Shown here: positions 8,821 through 15,882 of the stretch, piece by piece
Numbering within the stretch: position 1 is the first letter of the stretch
How the letters are laid out: every line of letters starts with the position of its first letter
Origin: a virus
Lineage: Duplodnaviria > Caudoviricetes
IMG/VR virus record: IMGVR_UViG_3300044966_000262
Span: 1 to 24,557 of that record
Strand: one strand, 5' to 3'
DNA length: 24,557 bases
Position numbers and translations under genes: made by a program
The notes under the pieces: model-generated
Databases searched by the model: none
What the model was told of the DNA's origin: nothing
What the model saw: the letters and a program-made list of their open reading frames with translations, nothing else

Positions 8821-8848
8821 TGTGGTGCATTGTGGTGAAGGAACCACA
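8821..8848. promoter_or_regulatory. Operator-like palindrome 1 plus an extra half-site
   Basis: TGTGGTG (8821-8827), then TGTGGTG-AAGG-AACCACA (8831-8848), over the predicted transcription start. Confidence 0.7.
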
Positions 8849-8877
8849 GGCACTCACCCCTGACCGAGGACACGACC

Positions 8878-9270
8878 ATGACGATCACCGCTGCCCACCT
8901 CGCCCCGCCCGCCACCGTCGAGACCGCCAAGGTCCGCTACCGTCTCGCGACCCACATCAGGTGCCGAATCAGCCGCTGCGTGAGCCTGAACGCCCGCGAC
9001 AACTTCGCGGCGATCGACTACGCGCAGGCCGAGTTCCGGGGCGCGATCGACCTCGCATTCGAGATCGGCGCGATCGACTGGCACACCCGCGTCGAGTTGA
9101 TCGGCATCAACGACCGGATGGCGCGTCTGCACGGCGCGATCGTCAAGTGGCACCGCCGCAAGGTCGCCGAGCGCGGCGTTCGCCCCGATGCCAGCATGGT
9201 CTCCGCCGATGCGCTGGTGGGAGCCAAGCGCCTTGCCCGCCAACTCGACCCCACCACCACCACCGCCTGA
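8878..9270 (+). CDS. Cassette A, hypothetical (130 aa)
   Basis: GAGGA RBS; ATG and TGA both embedded in junction repeats. Confidence 0.75.
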   Translation: MTITAAHLAPPATVETAKVRYRLATHIRCRISRCVSLNARDNFAAIDYAQAEFRGAIDLAFEIGAIDWHTRVELIGINDRMARLHGAIVKWHRRKVAERGVRPDASMVSADALVGAKRLARQLDPTTTTA

Positions 9271-9301
9271 CACCACACGCACCACACACGAGGACACGAC
9301 C

Positions 9302-9412
9302 ATGTTCGCCCTGATCCTGATCACCTTCGCCGCCTCCTGCGCTGCCCTCGCGGCCTTCGCCATCGTCTACCCCATCGCCTCGGACGCCGTCCGCAGCATC
9401 CGCACCCGCTGA
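9302..9412 (+). CDS. Cassette B, 36-aa single-pass membrane peptide
   Basis: MFALILITFAASCAALAAFAIVYPIASDAVRSIRTR; start lies in a repeat with GAGGA RBS. Confidence 0.7.
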   Translation: MFALILITFAASCAALAAFAIVYPIASDAVRSIRTR

Positions 9413-9497
9413 CTGTGCCCTGCGCCTCCCCCCGTGCGAGCGGGGGGCTGGCGCTCGTCACCGTGACGCGCACCACACCCTGACCGAGGAGACACCC

Positions 9498-9965
9498 ATG
9501 ACCTTCATCACGGACCCGCAGATCACCCTGACGCTCGACGCGTACTTCGTGCAGGACCTCCGCCTGCGCTGGATGGCGACTAGCGCCCGCCGGGCGCTGG
9601 CCTACGCCCGTGCCACGCTGTACGTCCGCACCGACTTCTACCGCGAGACGATGAGCCGCCTCCCGTGCGGGGATCAGGACGCCGCTGCCGAGCGCATCGA
9701 ATCGCTGGAATACGGCCACGAAGCCGCGCTCGAACACATCAAGATCCTGACCACCGCCATCGAGTCCGCCGGGCTTGTCCCGGTCGATTCGACCACCTCG
9801 GGCTTCGGCGGCGACATCGTCACCCAGCACGAGGCGGCGATCGAACTGCTCGCGCTGGCCCTCGCGCTGGCCTCGGTGAAGGGCGAGAACCACAAAGCCC
9901 TGACCGACGCCGTCACCCACCAGCAGGCGCTGCTGGAGCGCGTCATCGCCCGAGCCGGATTCTGA
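9498..9965 (+). CDS. Cassette C, hypothetical helical protein (155 aa)
   Basis: GAGGAG RBS; repeat-bounded. Confidence 0.75.
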   Translation: MTFITDPQITLTLDAYFVQDLRLRWMATSARRALAYARATLYVRTDFYRETMSRLPCGDQDAAAERIESLEYGHEAALEHIKILTTAIESAGLVPVDSTTSGFGGDIVTQHEAAIELLALALALASVKGENHKALTDAVTHQQALLERVIARAGF

Positions 9966-10000
9966 CACCACGCACCACACACCACGAGGAGACACACACC

Positions 10001-10432
10001 ATGCCACGCACCACCAAACTCGACCGCCTCCGCGCCGAACGCACCAAGGCGCTCGCCATGGTCAAGGCTTGCGAGGACGGCCACCGCCGTGCCGTCGCCG
10101 CCCTGCCCGAGACTGCCATGCTGGCCGACGCCCGGCGCGAACACGAGGCCGCGTCCATCGCCTACATCCGCGAGCATGAGCGAGCCCAGCGCCGTGCCGA
10201 GATCCGCACCGAGTACGAGGTGCGCGAGATCGACGAGGACGGGGACGCGATCGACTGCTGGATGTTCTCCTCCCGGGAGGATGCCATCCGCCAAGCGACC
10301 CGGCTGCACGGGCGCAGCCCTTCCGATCACGCCGTGACCGTCGAGCGCGAGCGTGACGGTGACCGGAAGACCATTTGGCGTCGCGGCTCCGATGCCGCCC
10401 TCGAAGCATGGGAGGGCAACGCGACGGCGTGA
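10001..10432 (+). CDS. Cassette D, hypothetical (143 aa)
   Basis: Start reassigned to MPRTTKLDRL after the repeat and RBS; coiled-coil N-half, alpha/beta C-half. Confidence 0.75.
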   Translation: MPRTTKLDRLRAERTKALAMVKACEDGHRRAVAALPETAMLADARREHEAASIAYIREHERAQRRAEIRTEYEVREIDEDGDAIDCWMFSSREDAIRQATRLHGRSPSDHAVTVERERDGDRKTIWRRGSDAALEAWEGNATA

Positions 10433-10521
10433 CCCACGCGCAACGCCCCACCTCCCGGCGCGAGCCGGGGGGACGGGGCGGGTCGCGTGACCCGCATTCA
10501 CACCTGACCGAGGAGAACGCC

Positions 10522-11112
10522 ATGAAGACCGTCCGAATCCGATTCACCACCGACACACAGTTGACGATCGATGCCAGGATCGACCTCTCGTCCGACCGGG
10601 GGCACGAGCCCCTGACCCTGACGGTGGCCGTGTCCGTTTGCGGAGATCCCGTCTGCTGCCTCGACGAGGATCTCGAACACCTCCGCCCGATCTACCGCGC
10701 CACGGCATCGACGCTGGTCGCCGCCGCCCGGGCGCTCGATGACGCCCGCGAACTGTTCAACCACGGCGAGAGCGGCATGGAGGATGGCATCCGCGAGGCG
10801 CTGTGGGAGATCGTCCGCAATACCGTCGCCGGGCTGCTGATGGATCTCGGCGACACCGACGGCATCCGGCTCAAGGGTCGCCAGTTGCTCGGCTGCATCG
10901 TCACCGACATCATCAGCGTTCAGGAAACCGACCACGACAACGCCATCGACACGGGCGCTCTCGTGGCATGGGAGCGCGGGGAACTCGATGACGATCAGAC
11001 CGCACGGCTGTTCCAGCGCCTGATCGACACCGGGACCATCGGGCACCTTCAGGGCTGCTACCAGCGCGAGGCCATGCGCCTCGTCGCCCACGGCACGTGC
11101 CGGGGCCGCTGA
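10522..11112 (+). CDS. Cassette E, two-domain protein (196 aa); C-terminal DUF7417-like domain
   Basis: Start MKTVRIRF after the repeat and RBS. C-terminal 'AWERGELDDDQTARLFQRLIDTG..GHLQGCYQR' matches a small stand-alone phage family recalled as DUF7417. Confidence 0.7.
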   Translation: MKTVRIRFTTDTQLTIDARIDLSSDRGHEPLTLTVAVSVCGDPVCCLDEDLEHLRPIYRATASTLVAAARALDDARELFNHGESGMEDGIREALWEIVRNTVAGLLMDLGDTDGIRLKGRQLLGCIVTDIISVQETDHDNAIDTGALVAWERGELDDDQTARLFQRLIDTGTIGHLQGCYQREAMRLVAHGTCRGR

Positions 11113-11139
11113 CACCACACCACACGAGGAGACCCAGCC

Positions 11140-11328
11140 ATGAAGACCGACACGCACCCCACCTGCGCCCTGTGCCTGCAACGCCTCGAACGCCGCCGGG
11201 ACGGGCTCGACGCCCGCGCCATCGGCGTGTGCCAGCCCTGCTACGACGGCACCAGCGACACCGCCCGCAGGCTGCACACCGAGTCCGCCGTCCGCACCAT
11301 CCGCAAGGCGCGAAGCGTTCGCGCCTGA
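11140..11328 (+). CDS. Cassette F, putative C4 zinc-finger mini-protein (62 aa)
   Basis: CALC...CQPC; repeat-bounded. Confidence 0.7.
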   Translation: MKTDTHPTCALCLQRLERRRDGLDARAIGVCQPCYDGTSDTARRLHTESAVRTIRKARSVRA

Positions 11329-11353
11329 CACACCACACGAGAGGAGACACACC

Positions 11354-11584
11354 ATGAACCCCATCGCACGATCCGAAGCGCAACGCCTGTTGCAGGCCCA
11401 GCGCGACTACGCGAAGACCCAAGCGGAGATCCGCGCCCGGGTCGATGCCGAGATCGCCCGCCGCGCCGAGCATGACCGCCTGCACCCGCAGCCGGGCATC
11501 ATCAACTCGTGCCCGCATTGCGGGCGCGACTGCGAGCCCGGGGAGTCGCTGTGCGGCGATTCCGATTGCCCCCGTCACGACTGA
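11354..11584 (+). CDS. Cassette G, helix plus Cys-rich tail (76 aa)
   Basis: CPHC..C..C....C..H; repeat-bounded. Confidence 0.7.
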   Translation: MNPIARSEAQRLLQAQRDYAKTQAEIRARVDAEIARRAEHDRLHPQPGIINSCPHCGRDCEPGESLCGDSDCPRHD

Positions 11585-11608
11585 CACCACACCACGAGGA
11601 GACACACC

Positions 11609-12067
11609 ATGACCGATCACCAGTTCGAGATCGAAGTTCGCGTCCAGTTCGCGATCGTCCACCGCGCCACGCTGAAGGACCGCTGCCATGACGGCGCGGC
11701 GCTCGAAGCGCGGGCCATCACCCAGCGACACGGGCGCGGCGCAGTCGGCAGCGTGTTCATGCTCGCCGACAACGGGGAGTGGCTCCACGCCTACACCGTG
11801 GTCGGCGAGGAGATCGCGCCCGGCCCCGACTACGACGCCGTCGAGCGCCTGAACGCGGACGGGCCGCGCTGGTGCGACCATTGCGGGCAGCGCGTGTATC
11901 CGCACACGGCGCGGTTCGTGCCATCGCTGCGGGTGCCGATCGACTCCGCGAACGCGGGCGAGAGCGCCATGCTCTGCCGCAAGTGCCATGCAACCCACGA
12001 GGAAGGCGGCACGTTGCTCGCCGACCGCGACCCCATCACGGGAGCCGAGTACGGCTCGCTCACCTGA
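11609..12067 (+). CDS. Cassette H, hypothetical with C4 zinc motif (152 aa)
   Basis: CDHC...LCRKCH (HNH-like zinc knuckle without a clear catalytic core); repeat-bounded. Confidence 0.7.
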   Translation: MTDHQFEIEVRVQFAIVHRATLKDRCHDGAALEARAITQRHGRGAVGSVFMLADNGEWLHAYTVVGEEIAPGPDYDAVERLNADGPRWCDHCGQRVYPHTARFVPSLRVPIDSANAGESAMLCRKCHATHEEGGTLLADRDPITGAEYGSLT

Positions 12068-12093
12068 CCCAACACACTCACGAGGAGAACGCC

Positions 12094-12549
12094 ATGAAGA
12101 CCATCACGATCAAGACCGCCAACGCCTGCCACCCGCTCGCACCCGCCGTGCTTCGCCAACTGGGCGGGGGGAGGGAGGCGATCAGCGCCGCCCTCGACGC
12201 CGCCAAGCACGGTGCCGACGCCGGGTTCCCCGGGTTCACCTACTGCGCCGACACCACGGCATTCGCCATTCGCAACCGCCTGAACATCGGCTACTCGCTG
12301 GCCCAGCAGGCGGAGGAACTCGGCGAGGACGGCCCGGTGTCGCTGGTGCGCGAGTTCCGGTGCCTGAACGACCTCTCCAAGACCGACCGCCTGCCGTCCG
12401 AGCGGGCGATCGCACTCGCCATCTACGGCGGGCGCATCCGCCCCGGCGACGACGACCTCGCCGACGAGGTGGGCTACATCCTCAACGCCATCGCATGGTG
12501 GGCGCTCGAAGAGGTCGGTCGCGCCATCGAGGCGGAGGCGGAGCGATGA
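12094..12549 (+). CDS. Cassette I, DUF7222-like protein (151 aa)
   Basis: Start MKTITIK after the repeat. 'HGADAGFPGFTYCADT' and 'NAIAWWALEEV' match a widespread phage family recalled as DUF7222. Confidence 0.7.
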   Translation: MKTITIKTANACHPLAPAVLRQLGGGREAISAALDAAKHGADAGFPGFTYCADTTAFAIRNRLNIGYSLAQQAEELGEDGPVSLVREFRCLNDLSKTDRLPSERAIALAIYGGRIRPGDDDLADEVGYILNAIAWWALEEVGRAIEAEAER

Positions 12550-12644
12550 GCCGCCTCGCACTCGCCGTCACGCTTTCGTTTCACTTCGCCCGGCTCGCCC
12601 GGGTCCGCACCACACGCGGCAGCAGCCGCAGGAGACACTCGTGA
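12546..12644 (+). CDS. Cassette J, 32-aa peptide (uncertain)
   Basis: ATGA overlap with cassette I, GGAGG upstream, GTGA overlap with K; its 3' half is a degenerate junction repeat. Confidence 0.4.
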   Translation: MSRLALAVTLSFHFARLARVRTTRGSSRRRHS

Positions 12645-13015
12645 AGTACCTCGTTTCGTTCGTTTCGCTCGCCCTCGTCGCCGCCCCGTCGGCGGCGCAG
12701 GATCTCGCCATCCCCGTCGGCAGCACGTGGTTCGTGAATGGCAAGCCCGTGTCGGACTTCGGCTGGTTCGTCATGTGGCCGGGCGGGGCGGTCAACCGCT
12801 ACCCGGGCGGGATGATCGGCGGGCACGGGCTCGACACGGTCCCGGGCATCCTGCCGGGCAACCCGTGGGGGCTGGCCCCCGTTTCCCCAGCAGCGGCCCT
12901 AGGATCGCCTAGGATCGATCCGCAGCCGTGGTACGGGCCTCCGGCCATCGCCGAGCCCCTGACGCGCTGGAACGGTCCTAGCGCCTTTGACGCGAGCCTC
13001 TCGTGGCGGTGGTGA
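12641..13015 (+). CDS. Cassette K, putative exported Pro/Gly/Trp-rich protein (124 aa)
   Basis: GTG start with AGGAG RBS; signal-peptide-like MKYLVSFVSLALVAAPSAA/QD. Confidence 0.6.
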   Translation: MKYLVSFVSLALVAAPSAAQDLAIPVGSTWFVNGKPVSDFGWFVMWPGGAVNRYPGGMIGGHGLDTVPGILPGNPWGLAPVSPAAALGSPRIDPQPWYGPPAIAEPLTRWNGPSAFDASLSWRW

Positions 13016-13080
13016 CCCGGTCACCCGTCCGATCCAACCTCCTCGGGCCGTAAGTCCCTACGACGGGATCCCTTACGGCA

Positions 13081-13118
13081 GGCAGCGCCCGGTGTCATGG
13101 CCGGGCGTTGCTGTTTCT
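13081..13118 (+). terminator. Intrinsic terminator closing the cassette operon
   Basis: GGCAGCGCCCGG-TGTCATGG-CCGGGCGTTGCT then GTTTCT; G-U pairs valid on the plus strand; lies at the convergence with minus-strand genes. Confidence 0.65.
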
Positions 13119-13166
13119 ATGCCCGGACGCGACCGGGGCTCGCGCCCATAGCCACGAGGCACCGGG

Positions 13167-13583
13167 CTAGAAGACCTTGAACGCCTCGACCGGGATCAGC
13201 GCCACGCGCTCGATGTCGGCGGGGTCGTTTCGGTCCCGGCGGCCCCCGGCGGCCACCTCGTGGGGGGCGTCGGCAAGGTTCACCCAGCCCCGGGCATCGG
13301 ACCACGAGACGAGGAGGATGGGTGCGATGGTCCGGGCGGACGCCTCGGCGAGCATGGCCTCGACCTTCGCGTGGCTGATGAGGTAGGTGGGGTAGGCGTT
13401 GATGCCGTTCGTGCGGCACTTCACCTCGACGATCGCGACCACGTCGCCGTCGAGGGTGGCCTCGAAGTCCCAGTTGCAGAGCGGCGGGCACTCGTGGGCT
13501 TGGCACCCGTAGGACTGGCAGAACCAGCCCATGACGGTGCGCTGCCTGTTCCGGTCCTCGGCTCGTTCGTAGGTGGGTCGCAT
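13167..13583 (-). CDS. PD-(D/E)XK-family nuclease-like protein
   Basis: 'WDF...IVEVKCR' D...ExK motif; start at MRPTYER (13583), with an alternative GTG at 13628. Confidence 0.65.
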   Translation of the reverse strand: MRPTYERAEDRNRQRTVMGWFCQSYGCQAHECPPLCNWDFEATLDGDVVAIVEVKCRTNGINAYPTYLISHAKVEAMLAEASARTIAPILLVSWSDARGWVNLADAPHEVAAGGRRDRNDPADIERVALIPVEAFKVF

Positions 13584-13640
13584 GGAAAGGGATCCCGACG
13601 GCCAAACGCCGGGATCCCATAGGCCCACGCTTCGGGTGCG

Positions 13641-14033
13641 TCAGTCACCGTGGCGTGGTTCGGCGGGCATCGTACTGGCCTCGATCTCCAGTAGCCCGCG
13701 CTTCTCGCCGGGCGGCAGCACCGAGATCTCGACGCACCGCACGACGGCATCGTCCTTCCACCACCCGGCGTCGGTGAGGCCGTCGATGTAACTCTTGCAG
13801 CGCGAGAGGGCGTTGTCGCAGTCGAGGAGGCGGCGGGTCGGGCAATGCCAGCGAATGACCAGCCGCACGGCGTCGAGCGGCTCGCCACGAGGCACCGCCT
13901 GCGCGGCGATGAACGCGGTCATGCGGTCGGCGTTCGCGGCGCGGTGGCGCACGACCCAATGCCCCCGCGAGTTCGCGCCCTTCAAGGCCGGAAGCGGCAG
14001 TTCAACGCGAAGGCGGCTGGTACTCGTCGCCAT
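13641..14033 (-). CDS. rusA: RusA-like Holliday junction resolvase
   Basis: 'LPLP...N..H', 'RRLLDCDNALSRCKSYIDGL..AG..KDD' fits the RusA D-x-D-N..K...D...DD signature. Confidence 0.8.
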   Translation of the reverse strand: MATSTSRLRVELPLPALKGANSRGHWVVRHRAANADRMTAFIAAQAVPRGEPLDAVRLVIRWHCPTRRLLDCDNALSRCKSYIDGLTDAGWWKDDAVVRCVEISVLPPGEKRGLLEIEASTMPAEPRHGD

Positions 14034-14286
14034 TTGCGATCCGCTCCATCGCCTGCTTCATGTGCTGGTGGAGTTTGGCGACGTTGCGCTTCGCGACCGG
14101 GCCGCAGGCTTCGAGCCCGCCGAGGTACTGCAACTTGAACATGACGTAAGTCGCGAGTTCGTCGAGGCTTGACGCGGCGAGCGCGTGCGCCGACTCCCTC
14201 GCGATCGACTTGTCGAGTTGGTTCTTGAGGTGCCGCGCATACGCCTGCGGCCCCATCACCGCCATCGTTTCCTGTGTGGTGTCCAT
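14002..14286 (-). CDS. Hypothetical protein (94 aa)
   Basis: Start reassigned to MDTTQETM after AAGGAG RBS. Confidence 0.65.
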   Translation of the reverse strand: MDTTQETMAVMGPQAYARHLKNQLDKSIARESAHALAASSLDELATYVMFKLQYLGGLEACGPVAKRNVAKLHQHMKQAMERIANGDEYQPPSR

Positions 14287-14308
14287 GACCCTTCTCCTTG
14301 GCATGAAG

Positions 14309-14326
14309 TGTGGTGATTGTACCACC
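14309..14326 (-). promoter_or_regulatory. Extended -10 promoter overlapped by operator-like palindrome 2
   Basis: Plus strand TGTGGTG-ATTG-TACCACC; the minus strand reads GGTGG-TACAAT-CACCACA (TGn + TACAAT at 14321-14316); no consensus -35. Confidence 0.65.
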
Positions 14327-14329
14327 TCG

Positions 14330-14360
14330 AAAAAGAAATCGCCCCGCCTTGCGACGGGGC
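14330..14360 (-). terminator. Rho-independent terminator
   Basis: Minus strand GCCCCGTC-GCAA-GGCGGGGC followed by GATTTCTTTTT. Confidence 0.8.
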
Positions 14361-14361
14361 T

Positions 14362-14690
14362 TGCGTTTGCACTCGGCTGGCGGCTAGAGTGCTGGTTCCT
14401 CAACCAAACGCGCTCGCATCATAGCGCACGAGCCTCGCGGGGCGATGATGCCGCAGACGATCCCGGCGCGGTAGGGGATCAGGGTGATAGACGCAGGTGC
14501 TGACCCTACCCTGCGCCAGTCCTTCGGACTGCGCTCCTCGACGATGGCAGCGGCTGGTTGACCCCCAGCGAAATGGTGAGAATCGTCGCAACGGGAAACC
14601 TCGCATGGCTCCGGCCGGGCTGAGAATCCTGAGACCTCGGATGCCCGGGGTCTCGGTGTTCCTGCACCCACCAGCCGAACTGGAAGCGAG
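14362..14690 (-). ncRNA. Candidate structured non-coding RNA (unrecognised family)
   Basis: Only long gap in a tightly packed operon; long-range closing stem 14373-14383/14668-14678, at least five internal hairpins, then a terminator. Confidence 0.45.
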
Positions 14691-15134
14691 TCAGGCACGG
14701 CGGGGGTGCTTCCGGCAGTAGTCGATGGCCGAGGCAAGCGCCTTCGGGGTGACGAGTGCCATGTCAAACCTCCTCCTCACCGCCTGAATCTCCTCCGCGC
14801 TCGCTTCCGCCACCGTCTTCTCCGCCCAGCGTTGAAACTCCTCCTCCTCCGCCTGTGATGGGCCTTGGACGGACACGAACCGTGCCTCCGGCGGACGGCC
14901 GACGGCAGGGCGGAGGTGGGTGGTGCGCTCGCAATACTCCGCATGGATCCGGGTCAGGTCGGGCACGGCCTGACGCACGAGGCGGTGTCCCTCGATGATG
15001 GTGCGGAGGATGTCCTGATGGAGCGATCCCCACCGCTCGTTGAGGATCCTCCCCTCCGCATCGGACGGCTTCCACTTCGGCCACAGCGCCGCCATCAGGC
15101 GCTTGTTGTCGTTCCATGTCGGCTTGTCATCCAT
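14691..15134 (-). CDS. Hypothetical protein (147 aa), possibly a replication accessory (helicase loader/inhibitor-like)
   Basis: Coupled to the upstream gene with GGAGG RBS. 'LMAALWPKW...W...L' only loosely recalls phage loader/inhibitor proteins, so the function is weakly supported. Confidence 0.55.
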   Translation of the reverse strand: MDDKPTWNDNKRLMAALWPKWKPSDAEGRILNERWGSLHQDILRTIIEGHRLVRQAVPDLTRIHAEYCERTTHLRPAVGRPPEARFVSVQGPSQAEEEEFQRWAEKTVAEASAEEIQAVRRRFDMALVTPKALASAIDYCRKHPRRA

Positions 15135-15399
15135 CGCCCATCGCCTCCTCGATCATGTCGATCCTCATCCGGTTCACCCACAGGGGAGTCGCCTCCCCGA
15201 CGTACGCGCCGACCACGTTGAACTCCATGTGTTCGGTCGCCTCCTCCTCGGTCATCTTGTCCCGGCGCATGAAGTGCTTCACGGCCTTGTCGTAGTCGTA
15301 GACGGCACGGACATGGCCGCTCCACTCCCGCGTCAGGCCGATGAATGCGCGGTCGAGCCCCATCACGAGCATGATTTGCTTCTGTTCCTTCGCCATCAT
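15127..15399 (-). CDS. Conserved phage hypothetical protein (90 aa)
   Basis: 'GLDRAFIG...AVYDYDK...MTEEEATEHMEFNVVGAYVGEATP' is a recurring phage family pattern; ATGA coupling. Confidence 0.75.
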   Translation of the reverse strand: MMAKEQKQIMLVMGLDRAFIGLTREWSGHVRAVYDYDKAVKHFMRRDKMTEEEATEHMEFNVVGAYVGEATPLWVNRMRIDMIEEAMGDG

Positions 15400-15677
15400 C
15401 CTTCTCCCGAGTAGAGGGTGCGTTCCAGTTCCGCGAATCCCATGCTCGGCATCCGCTTCACGAGCCAACGATACTTCTCCTGCATCCGGTTCAGGCGGTC
15501 GCAGACGAGCCAAGCGTTGTGGCGGCAGTCGAGGTCGAACTGCTCCTGTTCCGATTCCTGATCGCTGTAGCGCACGAGGTGCCGGACCACGTCGCCCGGC
15601 AGCGCCGCGTACTCGGTGACGGTCCAGCGCGGCAGCGTGAAGCCCTGCTCGTCCGCGTGTCGGTCATAGTTTGTCAC
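15396..15677 (-). CDS. Hypothetical protein (93 aa, GTG start)
   Basis: AAAGGA RBS; overlaps its neighbours in operon fashion. Confidence 0.6.
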   Translation of the reverse strand: MTNYDRHADEQGFTLPRWTVTEYAALPGDVVRHLVRYSDQESEQEQFDLDCRHNAWLVCDRLNRMQEKYRWLVKRMPSMGFAELERTLYSGEG

Positions 15678-15882
15678 AGAAGTCCTTTCTGTCCCAGCAG
15701 TCCCAGCCGCGATCCTCGGCGCACTCACGCGGCGGCTGCGTCGATGCGTAGCACACCTCGCGCCGTGCCGCATCGCGCTCGGCGGTGAGGGTCTCGATGG
15801 TGTCGGCGGCTGCACGCATCAGCGCCGCGTCGAGACCTCCCGTCTCGCGCAGCCGCTTCACGATGTGTTCCATGTGTGTCAT
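15664..15882 (-). CDS. Hypothetical protein (72 aa)
   Basis: MTHMEHIVKRLR...AAADTIETLTAERDAARREVC...RGWDC; GGAGG RBS and ATGA coupling. Confidence 0.65.
   Translation of the reverse strand: MTHMEHIVKRLRETGGLDAALMRAAADTIETLTAERDAARREVCYASTQPPRECAEDRGWDCWDRKDFCDKL

Larger units (their letters stand above)
8851..12643 (+). repeat. Dispersed gene-junction repeat family (about 10 copies)
   Basis: Copies at 8851-8880, 9268-9304, 9471-9500, 9963-10003, 10495-10524, 11110-11142, 11326-11356, 11582-11611, 12065-12096 and degenerate 12608-12643. Consensus (TGA)CACCACA(C/CAC)nCGAGGA(GA)CAC..CCATG. Confidence 0.92.

Noticed and set aside
8854-12561. Minus-strand ORFs across the cassette region
   Set aside because: Plus-strand ORFs have RBS, start and stop aligned to the repeats, so the minus-strand frames are shadows.
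8851-12643. CRISPR array or classical integron interpretation of the repeats
   Set aside because: Repeats vary in length, are not palindromic, and are separated by 100-600 bp ORFs. No cas gene, tyrosine integrase or GTTRRRY attC cores are recognisable in the window.
14384-14767. 127-aa minus-strand ORF across the structured gap
   Set aside because: Overlaps the upstream gene by 77 bp, has no clear RBS and atypical composition; kept only as the alternative to the ncRNA hypothesis.
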